NCBI GenBank assembly: GCA_030390025.1
Contig: CM059432.1
Location: forward strand, 12,834,001-12,898,000
Length of the DNA: 64,000 bases
Source: Squalus acanthias
Lineage: Eukaryota
Direction: 5' to 3'
The position numbers and the translations under genes were made by a program. Below, in pieces: positions 11,905 to 24,189 of the stretch. The notes under the pieces were generated by a model that searched no databases, was not told the origin of the DNA, and worked only from the letters and a program-made list of their open reading frames with translations. Position 1 is the stretch's first letter, and each line of letters opens with the position of its first letter.

Positions 11905-12400
11905 GGTAGCATAGTGGTTATGTTCCTCAACTAGTAATCCAGTAGGCCTGGACTAATTGATCCAAGTGGACATGAGTTTAAATCCCACCACGGCAGCTGG
12001 GGAACTTAAGTTCAGTTAATTAAATAAACCTGGAATAAAAAGCTAGTATCAGTAATGGTGACCATGAAACTACCGGATTGTTGTAAAAACCCAACTGGTT
12101 AACTAATGTCCTTTAGGGAAGGAAATCTGCCAGTCCTTACCCGGTCTGGCCTATATGTGATGCCGGACCCACAGCAATGTGGTTGACTCTTAACTTCAAT
12201 TTAAAATGGCCCTAGCAAGCCACTCAGTTGTACCAAATCGCTACAACAAAGTCAGCACTGTGGGAGTACCTTCACCACACGGACTGCAGCGGTTCAAGAA
12301 GGCGGCTCACCACCACCTTCTCAAGGGCAATTAGGGATGGGCAATAAATGCTGGCCTTGCCAGCGACGCCCACATCCTGTGAATGAATAAATTAAAAAAA
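11905..12400 (+). mobile_element. tRNA-headed SINE-like element: 5' ~345 bp plus 3' ~140 bp of family T LINE
   Basis: 11905-12250 matches the 5' end of the 24190-27435 element; from ~12252 it matches the 3' end. A box TAGCATAGTGG, B-box-like GAGTTTAAATCC. Confidence 0.8.
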
Positions 12401-12682
12401 AATTCAAGATAAATACTGATAAGGAAATGCCATTCACCCATCCAGAAAAAAAACCATAATACCCACCCCTCCAGTGCACCACAAATTGTTTCTGAAATAA
12501 TTTTAGGGTTTTCGCCTGAATATCCTAATATCAATCCTGAATTTTCCTGAATCCCCTTGTCCTACTCTCATAATCTAGTTTGAAACAATATTCCAGATCT
12601 ACCCTTTCCATACTGTTGACTATTTTAGATACCTCTGTAAGAACACCTCTCAGTCTCCTCCTTTTGAAACTGAAAAGCTCGC

Positions 12683-14575
12683 GGGGCTGAAATTGCACAA
12701 GGAGATCAGCAGAGGCCCCAGGCCGTTTCCCTGGGGGTCCCACCAGTCTCCTGGCAGAGATGCGGCAGGAGATCAATGGAATCCCTGCAGAATTTCAGGC
12801 TGCAAGTTTCTCCAGTCTTTCCTCAAACCTCAGACACAACAGCCGCGATTTTTGCCAGTGCTCAGAGGGTGGGTTCAGAGGTGGGTCAGCTGTTAAATTC
12901 AAATTAAATTAAATTAAAATGGAACTCGCCTCCATGTAAGTTTCCAAAGTGTCAGGTCTGCGATTTCAGGACATTTAAGATAGTTAACTGCTTGTTAAGT
13001 GCTTGTTAACTACTATTTTGCCAGCCTTTTTCTATTTTCCCACATTTTTAACGGGGTTCCCATCGTTCGGAGATCACGTCAGGTAAGTAGGTCGGGTTCT
13101 CTATGTCTCCCCAATGCTGTGAATAGGTGACAGCTGCAAAAGTGGTCTGAAAGCTACCATTTCACAGCTGTTCACTTTCCAATGTCAGAAGCTTGAGCCT
13201 TCAGGACTTGGAAGACACTTTTGAGCTTTATGCAGTTTGGAAGTGTTTGGAGTAAACTCTCTATCCACTGTCACCTCCTTGGAGCAAGCTCTCTCACCAT
13301 TGACAGATCGCTTCTGTCATCTCAACTTCAGCTGCCATCTATTCCAGCAACATCGGTGCCCTTGAAAAAATCTCACCTTGGTCCTCTGAATCCCTCCACG
13401 ATCAGCCCCAACACCAACATCACCAGGCACACCAACATCACCAACAACAAAACCAACCTTCTCCGCAATCACCTGATGCTGCACAGGACACAGGGCATCA
13501 GCACCCGAGCACATTGCTGCCCGGGAGGCCAGGGATGGCCCCACCATGGCCAGATTTATTTCACTTGATGCTGTAGACCCAGGCTGCCACATGATGCTCC
13601 AGGCTGGCACCACCCCACACCAGCACCATAAAGCATTCCTACAATGTCCAAGCCGTTCCTTTCACACTCATCACCATTGCGGGGGTTACTGTTATGTCTC
13701 ACCATTCACTGCAACTCACTAAGACACTTCCCAAGGTGCACACAGATCTGAACAATAAACAAAGTGTTGAAAATAAAGATTTCAATGTTTGACAACACAT
13801 TAACAGAAAATTTACATGAACATTGCATAAGACACCCAAGTGCCTACCCTTGTGTGTTGTTAATTGGTATGATTGGACAAGGATGAGGGTGAGTGTGAGG
13901 GGTGGCTAGTGAGATGGGGATGTGATAATGTAGATAGAGAGGGATGGGTGGAGGTGCAAGGTAAGTTGGTGTGAGTAAGGATGAGCAGGAGTAGGTTAGG
14001 GAAGGCAGAGTGATGGGGATGTGATGAATGGCTCAGCAGGATGAAGGTGAGTGTGGCTTTGCAGTAACGTTTCGTGATCTAGTGAGATTATTGAAAGGTT
14101 TGCGCCACTGCAGCCAGGTCCTCCTGACGACATCCCTGCTTGTGTCCTCCTGTGCAATGTGCAACCAGGCTGTGTTGATCTCCTGGGGAGGTCTCTTCCG
14201 CCCACTGGAATGGAAGAGAACCTCCCTGCACGCTGTGCATGTGGAGGGAGTCATGGGAGAGCCTGGGTACAGCCGTGCACCTTTGTGCAGTGCTTGTCAG
14301 TGTTTGCAGCACCTCAATGCTGTAGAACGCTGACAGCACAACTGTCAAAATCAATGTGGCCGTGGTCCCTTTAAGGAAACCGGCTGATGACGCGTCATCA
14401 AATGACGTCATCAGACCCGCTTCCTTTTAATTGGCCGTGAACCCCGCAGGGCGGGCTTAACAAGCCCTATTAACGGAAAATCCTTTTGACAGAGAGGCTG
14501 CAGCCGGGAGCGGGACCGGAACCCGCCAACCAGCACTCCCGCCGCGAACCCGCCTCCGCTGGGAAAATCCAGCCC
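12683..14575. mobile_element. Degenerate Harbinger element A with Myb/SANT remnant on the minus strand (~14060-14290)
   Basis: Imperfect TIRs GGGGCTGAAATT / AAAATCCAGCCC. Translation REVLFHSSGRK...AWLHIAQE...RRTWLQWRKPFNNLTR is Myb/SANT-like. Confidence 0.65.
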
Positions 14576-14578
14576 AAC

Positions 14579-16442
14579 GGAATTTTCTGGAGGAAGGCGA
14601 TTTGTGGGCGGGGGGCTCTGATGCGGTCGGGAAACTCAGGAGGCAGGCTCTGGCGACTTTAATGGCAGAGCCTGTTTTGCATGTGAGGCCTCGGTTTCCC
14701 GCCCGCAGCCAGCCAGATTGAGAGGCTGACTGGCTGAGGGTGGGTAGGCCTGTGGTAGCATGGAGCAAAAAGAGAGGGGTCATGTGAGGGCCGGGCCTGG
14801 CAATCGATCGGGTGGGGGTGGGGGAAGAAAGGACCGGGGATTGAGGCCGGCAATGGATCAGGGGGGAAGAGAGAATCGGAGATCGGGGCCGGGCAATGGA
14901 TCAGGGTGGAAGAGAGGACCGGAGATCGGGGCCGGGCAATGGATCAGGAGGAAAAAGAGGACCGGAGATCGGGGCCGGCCAATGGATCAGGGGGAAGAGA
15001 GGACCGGAGATCGGGGCCAGGCAATGGATCAGGGGGGAAGAGACAACCGGGGATCGGGGCCGGGCAATGGATCAGGGTGGAAGAGAGGACCGGAGATCGG
15101 GGCCGGGCAATGGATCAGGGGGAAGAGAGGACCGGGGATCGGGGCCGGGCAATGGATCAGGGGGGAAGAGACAACCGGGGATCGGGGCCGGGCAATGGAT
15201 CAGGGTGGAAGAGAGGACCGGAGATCGGGGCCGGGCAATGGATCAGGGGGAAGAGAGGACCAGGGATCGGGGCCGGGCAATGGATCAGGGGGAAGAGAGG
15301 ACTGGAATCGGGGCCGGGCAATGGATCAGGGGGAGGAGAGGACCGGAGATCGGGGCCGGGCAATGGATCAGGGGGAAGAGAGGACCGGAGATCGGGGCCG
15401 GGCAATGGATCAGGGGGAAGAGAGGACCGGGGATCGGGGCTGGGCAATGGATCAGAGGGAAGAGAGGACTGGAAATCGGGGCCGGGCAATGGATCAGGGG
15501 GAGGAGAGGACCGGAGATCGGGGCCGGGCAATGGATCAAGGGGAAGAGAGGACCGGAGATCAGGGCCGGGCAATGGATCAGGGGGAAGAGAGGACCGGGG
15601 ATCGGGGCCGGGCAATGGATCAGGGGGAAGAGAGGACCGGGGATCGGGGCCGGGCAATGGATCAGGGGGAAGAGAGGACCAGGAATCGGGGCCGGGCAAT
15701 GGATCAGGGGGAAGAGAGGACCAGGAATCGGGGCCAGGCAATGGATCAGGGGGAAGAGAGGACCAGGAATCGGGGCCGGGCAATGGATCAGGGGGAAGAG
15801 AGGACCGGGGATTGAGGCTGGGCAATGTATCAGGGGGAAGAGAGGACCAGGAATTGGGGCCGGGCAGGCAATCAGGGAGGAGGTCAGGCAGAGGGGCGGG
15901 GTAAAGAGGTTAAGGATCGGGCCGGGGAAGCATCGGTGGGGAAGGTTGGGCAGAGATGGGGGTGCTGAGAGAGAGGATCGGGGCCATCCACCAGAGGGTC
16001 GTGGCCGGCCTCAGCATCAACATTGGGGGAGGGAGGCCTGGGGAGGTGATCGGAGGCCTGAGGGGGGGTGCGTTCTCTGATCGCGGGGGGGGTGGATTAG
16101 GTAGGGACTCTGGATCCAGGAGGTTAAGTATAAAGCCACTTACCTCCTGGATCCAGCAGTCCCCGTCTTGCTTTAACTGCCGGGTTTCACGAATTGTGTC
16201 AAACCTGTCCACATAAAGTTAAAAAAGAGGCTTCCAGCCTCATTATAATATTTAAATTGACATTCCGCCCCTGGGAGCGGGTTGTTCACCCGCCCCCACC
16301 CCCCACCCCCACCCATCACACCTCCGTTAAAACCAGAAGTGGGCAGATTGGAGGTGGGATCAGGTCGGGAATCCCATTTTTAACAATTTAACTACCCTGA
16401 TGCCCCCAACCCACCTTTTTTTTTTAGGTTAAAATTCCCCCC
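14579..16442. mobile_element. Harbinger-type MITE carrying an expanded 42-bp tandem array
   Basis: Left GGAATTTTC and right AAAATTCCCCCC inverted ends; GC-rich flanks similar to other MITEs here. Confidence 0.5.
14830..15870. repeat. 42-bp minisatellite, about 24-25 copies
   Basis: Unit GATCGGGGCCGGGCAATGGATCAGGGGGAAGAGAGGACCGGA; 14-aa periodicity (DRGRAMDQGEERTG) in the ORF track. Confidence 0.95.
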
Positions 16443-16909
16443 AAAGGGTCAGCCTTACAACTCTTCTTTAAACTGCCTCCAGTTCTTGAATGTCTCCCTT
16501 GCGTTTAATTAGACAGAGGACTCAAGGTGTGGTCTGACCAGAGGACTGTGCTGTCTGAGTATGATGTCCTGTGGCTGTTTCGGCTATCTCGTTCAGCCGT
16601 CTATTTGCTTTGTTGATTGCTGCTCTCCAGTGGTTGGGCAAGTTGAGCATCAAGTCTACCAGAACCCTGTATTTATCACAGTCAGCAGCATGTTGAAATG
16701 TGCTTTGGTTATGTAACAGTGAATCACAAACCTGATGAACTGCAAACTTGATGAACTTTGCCAACTCTACCCGGAAGGATTCTGTGGCCAATAAACAGTT
16801 CCTGTCAACATGGTGTTCCTCAATGGTTGAAGATCTGGTTCCAGGAAATAGTACAATTCAAAAGTGGCTTCCTGGGTAAGGGGTGGCCTCTTCATATATT
16901 GCTGCTCAG

Positions 16910-17800
16910 TGACCCCTCCACTGCATCTGATTTGTCAGACTGCTTGTCCAACATCCAGTATTGGATGAGCAGAGATTTCCTCCAATTAAATAGAGGGAAG
17001 ACCGAAGCCATTGCCTTCGGACCCGCCACAATCACCGTTCCCTAGCCATCGATTCCGTCCCCCTCCAAGGACCAGGCTGAACCAGACTGATCACAACCTC
17101 AAATCCTGATCCCATATCCTCTCCATCACCAAAGCTGTCTACTTCCATCTCTGTAATATCGCCCGTCTCCACACCTGCCTCCGCCCATCTGCTGCTGAGA
17201 GCCTCGTCCATACTTTGGTTGCCTCCAGACTCGACTATTCCAATGCTCTCCTGGCCGGCCTTCCACCCTCCGTAAACTTCAGTTCATCCAAAACTCTGCT
17301 GCCCGTGTCCTGACTCGCACCAAGTCCCGCTCACCCATCACCCCTGTGCTCACTGACCTGCATTTGCTCCCGGTCCGGCAAAGCCTTGAATTTAAAATTC
17401 TTATCCTTTCAAATCCCTCCATGGCCTCAGCCCTCCCTATCTCTGTAAATTCCTCCAGCCTTACAACCCTCCGAGAGCTCTGCATTCCTCCAATTCTGAC
17501 CACTTGTGCATCCCCCATTCTCTTCGCCCCACCATTGGCGGCCTGTGCTTTCAGCTACCTAGGCCCTAAGCTCTGGAATTCCCTCCATAATTCTCTCCGC
17601 CTCTCTCTCTCTCTCTCTCCTCCTTTAAGATGCTCCTTAAAACCTACCTCTTTGACCAAGCTTTTGGTCACCTGTCCTAGTATCTCTTTATGTGGCTCGG
17701 TGTCAAATTTTGTTTGATAACGGTCCTGTGAAGCGCCTTGGGACGTTTTACTATGTTAAAGATGCTGTATAAATACAAGTTGTTGTTGTTGTTGCCGTTG
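16910..17800 (+). mobile_element. L2 LINE 3' fragment
   Basis: LSDCLSNIQYWMSRDFLQLNRGKTEAI, ITPVLTDLHLLPV, AFSYLGPKLWNSL; (GTT)n tail. Confidence 0.85.
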
Positions 17801-19039
17801 TTGATAAGAGAGTTTTGAAATCAATTCCCACAATTTGCAAAAGTCAGACTATTTAAAAAAAAATGAGAGTTGCCTTTCTAAAATACAAGAACCTTTCTGG
17901 CTCAGTGGACTAAACACTGGGAAATGAAAGGCTGCAAAGGCTTCATCCTCATAGCCCCATTGCATCCTTTTCACTATATATTGAGGGAGTTAATTCCTCA
18001 CCGTTTTTGGCGTATTTCCAGAGAATAATCGTGACAAATAATTTATTGTGGAAGGAATATCGGGCAGAAGCCATTTCTGCTGGTTTTGTAAAACAAAATA
18101 GCTCCCCCCCGCTCCACACATCTTAAGCAACATGGGCTTGTTCCTCACTGTTTCTGGCAGTCAGTACACTGGCAGAGACTGTGGTGCCCACTGACTTTTG
18201 GGCGGGGGTGTTGGTCAGGCCCAGCCCCACTCCACCCCAGCCAGGTCCTCCTTACCTCCCTGTGTTAGGAGGCTGATCTCCCATTTAAAAAAAAATTGGA
18301 GTCTTTTTCCCAGGTTCCAGGCCTCTTCCCAGACCTGGATCCCACCAGTAGGGCCCACATTAACCCATGTGGGGGCCGGTACAAGTCACCTCAGTGGGCA
18401 TACTGCCCACCACTGATATGATGGGTTCTGACTGAGCCAAAGCAGAGGGAACTCCTGGTGGAGGGTGTCCCCACATCTGACAATACCCTTTGCCATCATT
18501 TGCCTCGTAATGGGCAGACAGAGGTTCTGTCCCTTACAAGGTAAATGAGAAACTCCCATAGTTACAGCAGCAGATCACAAAAGCCCCCCAAGGACCTTCG
18601 GCCCAGCAGACTTAGAGAAAGCTGATTTCTTCAAAGATTACCACCCCACTGTCCACACCAAACTGATTCAGAAGAATTCAACGGTAGCTGGGGAAAGGAA
18701 GTGGACCATTACATACAAACACAACGAGAGCTGTTCCAACCTCTGAGAACAACTCCTGCAAGTGCGAGAGAAGGTACATCAACAAACACGGCAACTGCCT
18801 TAGCCCAGGGAAGGAGCATGCAACAGAAAGCCCCAGGAGAGAATGGCATCACCAAACACATGCTCGGTGAGGCACTCAACGAGATGGTGGTTGTGACAAG
18901 TGAGGTCTTCACTGTTATTAGTTCTGGGCTACTTCCTGAGATGCTGCAAAGCATTGGCTTTACAGCGTATTGGGGTATTCTGTGGAAGGCGCTATATAAA
19001 TACAAGTCTTTTCTTTTTTTCCCTCACCTACGTGAGCTC

Positions 19040-20010
19040 AGAAATAGCATCAGAAAAGCACCAGAGATGCTTAGATGATCTGGAAGAATGGGCATGCCAG
19101 TGGGGAATTCTGCTGAACCCCAGAAAATCACAGTGTGTCCCATTCCACAAAAGAGACAAGCAGAAGTAACAGGATGTGAGGCTTGAGATCCCGTCGAAAT
19201 CGACCACGACCACCAGAGAGCAGACGCTCCCGGGCATAACCTTCCGGAGGAATATGGCTTGGACATGATGTATAAATGGCATCACAATGAGGGCAACAGC
19301 CAGGCTGGACCACTTGTGAGTCCTCTATGCAAAAAAAAAACAAGGACACAGCCCAAAACTTTCCTCAGACTGCACAAACCTTATATTCTGATCCTCAATC
19401 CTGAAATTACAAAGAACTTATAATGCCTTTCATGACCTCAGGACGTCCCAAAGTGCTTTACAGCCAATGAAGTGCTAGTAATGTAGGAAACACGCAGCCA
19501 ATTTGCGCACAGCAAGGTTCCACAAACAATACTGAGATCATGACCAGATAATGTGTTTCAATGATGTTGGTTGAGGGATAAGTATGAGATCTTTTACGTC
19601 CACCTGAGAGGGCAGACAGTTTAACGCCTCATCCGAAATGCAGCATCTCCAACAGTGCATCATTCCCTCAGTACTGCACTGAATTGTCACCTGGATTCTG
19701 TGCTCAAGTCTCTGGAGTGGGACTTGAACCTACAACCTTCTGACTCAAAGGTGAGTGTGATACCACTGAGCCATGGCCATCCAGCCTGGTGCACAGAGAG
19801 TCAGCCACAGATTAAGAGGCTACAAACAATCCAGAACTGAGCAATAAGGGCAGCATATTGCCTCCCAAACTTTATCTGCGCAACACATCTGCACTGCATC
19901 TGCGGACTCCAAACAATGGAAGAAAGACTTCTGAGACTCCAGCAAAAGTGCCTGTATAGGCAAAGACTAATCTATCATTGTCAGCAGTGACAGAGGAGGA
20001 AGAACAGAAC
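19040..20010 (+). mobile_element. Highly decayed LINE RT C-terminal fragments (Jockey/I-like), split by a SINE
   Basis: QRCLDDLEEWACQWGILLNPRKSQCV and IKRLQTIQN resemble non-LTR RT thumb motifs. Confidence 0.5.
19415..19775 (-). mobile_element. DeuSINE (SacSINE1-like), internally deleted
   Basis: Reverse-complement match to 7249-7676 and direct match to 46388-46857. Confidence 0.8.
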
Positions 20011-20084
20011 CCACGCTGGTAAATTTCACCCCCCTGCACTCTCTGTGGGCCCACAATAGTTGGCAGTTCTTAGCAACATGCAAT

Positions 20085-20447
20085 CACAGGGAGAAGATTG
20101 CTTGGAAGAACTGTGACGTACCAAATGGATTCCTTATGGAGGACCCCACAGTACAACCTGAAGAATCAAACCTTCCTCACAAACAGTGGACAACCATCAA
20201 CCGCCTCAGAATCGTTCATGGTAGATGCCTGCCACCTTCTTCATAGATGGAAGATTAAAGCATCCCCATCATGCGACTGTGGAGCTCCTAATCAGACCCT
20301 GGAGCCCATCATTGAGCACTGCCCTCAGAGGAAATTCGCAGGCAGCCTACAAGATATCCAGGCTGTTACACCGGAAGCTTTGGCCTGGATATCTGGTATT
20401 GATATTGATTTGTTTTTTACTGCTACCATACGAAAGAAGAAGAAGAG
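20085..20447 (+). mobile_element. I-group (Vingi/Ingi-like) LINE 3' end
   Basis: HRWKIKASPSCDCGAPNQTLEPIIEHCP is a degenerate C-terminal zinc knuckle; ends CATACGAAAGAAGAAGAAG. Confidence 0.6.
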
Positions 20448-22132
20448 AGAAGATTCTGTCACGGGTTCAACTGATCCCGTGACACTGAAAACCACACACC
20501 TATCAAAATAGATTGTTACAAAATTCAGAGTAAAAGATGTAAAAAAAAAAGATGCGACAAGGATAACAAAACCTGGGCCATCCTTAACAACAAGCTCCCA
20601 GTGTTACTAGATAACTTCTGGTGGATAACTGTGTGAGAATGAGCAACATGGCGGGAAACCAGCTGCCTGATTTTTGTACAGTGCACGAGCTGAACAGGGA
20701 GCCAGTGAGTTTCGGAACCCCAGATCTTCCAATCCCCGCTGGCCTAGTTACTACCGACATAACCACTTCCACTGAGCAGGTGTACAACCCTCAGATCTCA
20801 GACTTGGCTCAGGATAAAGGCTTGTCAAGACCAAGAGTAATTTATTCTACGTACAATTTTTATTATTATGTTACATGAAACCATTGTACTGTAATAATGA
20901 TAAGATCAAAGCAAGGTAAAGCCCATCCCCACTTGAACATGTTCATCACCTTGACCCCTCCATAAATAGTGTGCCTATTTGCCTTTAATGATTAACTTAT
21001 TTTCTCTAAGACAATCTGTTAAACAATGAAGCCGCTGAGCATTAATGCTTCTGAGTTCAATTTTATGACCGAACCGAAACCACCTTTCATTAAAAGCAAT
21101 CTGAAATGATGAATTCTCTTTGTTGCTGGTTTAATGAGTAAAATCATCAAGGGTCTGACTTTATAAAATACAGGTAAAGCAGATCAGAGGGCTCCATCTC
21201 TTCCTGCAACCACTTATCTTAAGCAACATCATCTACAAAGGAACATGCAAACAATGATAAGAAGCAGAGGGAGATTGAAAAACAGAAGGCTATGGGATTA
21301 GAGTGGCACACATTTATAGCAAGATAAAAGTTAATCATAAGCCACATCTGTCAAAGAAAAGTGGCGCCTGTGCTTTGAGTTGTGCAATAACTACTTAGGA
21401 CCTTAACGTTTGTGAAACTTTAATTTTATTGGTAGCCTCCGAGGATTAGGGATACCACATTTTATATTTTCGAGTTCATAAGGTAATGGAAGCTCACAAG
21501 TGATCACCATCAAACTTACATGTGGATAATGTAGGTTTTATTGTCTCATACAGTACAATGCTGATACAAGGCTGATGATACCTTGTGAGGGGAATGTGTG
21601 GAAGCTGATGTGGAAAGTAGGCAATGGGTCAATTGCTGCCCTCACCGAGATCCGCTAGTTTAGCACAGATTAGACTTTCTGGTCTCCATGGTTCCCAGAC
21701 GCACTGTGTAATATCAAAGCAGCTTGGTTAGAGGTGGCATATTTTGAAGGCCTGTATAACTGAGCAATCCATCATTATATCAAAAAATGGCACTGGCTGT
21801 TGATGACTTGTTCGATTAATCCCTGGAATAAAGTTTACTTCTAATTCTGATCATCAATGTTAATTTAATTAACCTTTTTCAGGATTATATGCCTTTAATG
21901 AAGGCTCGCAAACCATCTTTTTCCACATTTTTGCCCTTCTGAATCTCCTTGTCTGGTTTTAAGCGATGTCACCAACAGATACTTCAGAGTACCTTCGAAT
22001 TATTCTTCTCCTTGAGGGGATATGACTGTAGGGAGAACAGTCGAGCCTGTTTGGAGAAATATAAACCTGAATAGTTAATGTTGAGAGAACAACTGGGAAG
22101 AATACTGGGAGAGAACCTCCAGAAACTGTAAT

Positions 22133-22657
22133 GGGCCGGATTTTGCGACCTGCTTTTACCAGCATAAGAGTTTTAAAAAATTTAAAAAAAAATTATTTCA
22201 CTCATTTATAATTTTAAAATACTTTAAAAAAAGGTAAGTTTATTTTGAGCCCGTTAAAAAAATTATTTTTTTCAAAAAATTAAATCTTTGTTTAAAATAT
22301 TTAATTTAATGTAATTTTAACTAATTTTAACTATGTGATGTGGTTTTTTAAAATTTTATTTAATGTTTAACTGTGTTTTTTAAGTGATCCCCATTCATAC
22401 TTTTGACAGTTCTGTGCGTAGAGACCTGTCAAAAGTGTGAAGGGGGGGTTCCCTTCTTTGATTGGTTCCCCACGGCCCACGTGATCCCAGGGACGCTTGC
22501 GAACCACATGCGCCCCTGGGATACCTGGGCCTCTGCGCATTTCGTAGAGCAGAGGCCCAGGATCGCAAGTCTCGGGACCTACGGAGCCAGCAGGTAAGTT
22601 CGTAGATTTTTTCCGATCGGAGGCCTCCGCACGCAGGAAGCCTCCGAAATTCAGGCC
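22133..22657. mobile_element. Harbinger-type MITE
   Basis: Imperfect inverted ends GGGCCGGATTTT / GAAATTCAGGCC; AT-rich then GC-rich interior. Confidence 0.55.
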
Positions 22658-23439
22658 ATTGTGTTCAGAGTTACTAAGAAATAAGCAAAGCTGTAGAAGC
22701 AAATGGGCCAATACAAATTCTTCTTATAGAGGAAAGAGGGTTATCAACTGGGATCCCTTAAGGATGCAAGTGAGGTTGAAAATGTAGCTGAACTAATAAT
22801 TGTTGACACACTAAATTATTACTTCCTGAAAGTATCACTAGAGCAGACACTAGTTGTATGCCACCCATCATAGGAGGTTCTCCAATTACAAACACAGGAA
22901 AATGTTGGGCAGGAAAAGACCAACTGGTCCATCTAGCCTGCCCCATACAGTCATGTAAACTCTATGGGCTAAAAATTTGGGGTCTTAACGCCACCCATTA
23001 CCGGCAAAAAGTTGCGTTAAGAGGGCGGCCGCCGCTCTTTTGCAAGCTGGTGGCGGGTCCCGCGGCGTCCGCCATTTTCCAAGGCCTGGCAGCGCTGCCG
23101 GTAACATCCATCGCCCTGCAAATTGAAATGAGGGAGAGCTGACGTCACACGTCGACTTAAAGTCACCTTGGCTAACTTGGACCTTCACGCTGAGTTCGGC
23201 GCTGGGTCCTAAGCTCGCCATGTAAACCTAGCGTGCGGCAGACCGACAGAGGCACTGTCAGCACCTCTTAAAGGGACACACACATGTTTCAGGTAAGTCT
23301 GCATTTAAGCTTTTGGACTGGTTTTTTTTAATGTTATTGAAGTAGTGGCCTGCTGCAATACATGTTAAAAGTTTATTAAGTGTGTAGGGAGTGCTGCTGG
23401 ATGCTTGCAAGGCCTCAGATAGTAAAGGAAGGCCTCTGA

Positions 23440-23585
23440 GAAGACAGAAAATGCTGCAAATACTCAGTAGGTCAGGCAGCATCCGTGGAGAGAGAAACAG
23501 AGTTCGTGTCTCAGGTAAAGATGCTGCCTGACCTGCTGAGTATTTCCAGCATTTTATGCTGTCATTTCAGAATTACAGCATCTGC
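23440..23585. mobile_element. Short Penelope-like fold-back remnant
   Basis: 36-bp inverted arms 23448-23483 and 23520-23555 (2 mismatches); same termini as 31041-32014. Confidence 0.65.
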
Positions 23586-24189
23586 TCACAGAGGGAAGGG
23601 GAAGATGCAGAAGAGGAGGACACAGAAGAGGAAAAAACAGAAGAGGAGGAAGCAGAAGAGGAGGAAGCAGAAGGAAGGATGCAACCCAAACAGCCCCTTT
23701 CTGGCCAGGATATCCGTGATGGAATCATCCGTCTGTGGTACCAGTGACCACAACCCCAATTCCCCTTTCAACATTTGTCCCACACCTTACCTTCCTTCTG
23801 TTATTGACTATCACAGTGTCCTCTTGGCCACGATGCAGAAATAAAAGCCACCACAAAGCAAGCTTTCAAATCCAACTTTATACATCTATCCATCCAATAC
23901 GACATCAAGAAATCAATTCATTACCCTTATGCATTTTCTTAGTGACTGTCTTGTGTGTGCCTTTGCCTATCCTACTGATGTCATGCAGTGCTACCCCAGT
24001 GGCTGCAGCATGGCTGGTGGAAAGCTGCTGACTTTCAGTGGAGGACACAACAAAGGCCTTGCTGGTCGACCATGAGGAGCTGGTGGCTGGGAGTGTCAAA
24101 TCGAGTGACGGTGTTTCTTTTTCACTCTCCTCCCCCTCTTCTTGGCCAACCACTGGCTGGGCAGGCTGGATTTATTGGGTGTATTTTTG

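Noticed and set aside
14760..16080. 330-394 aa repetitive ORFs and a CRISPR-like appearance
   Set aside because: Head-to-tail 42-bp tandem repeat with no unique spacers and no cas genes, in eukaryotic context; ORFs are artefacts.
21900..22075. Possible minus-strand host exon
   Set aside because: Translations unrecognisable and all three frames hit stops; splice signals weak.
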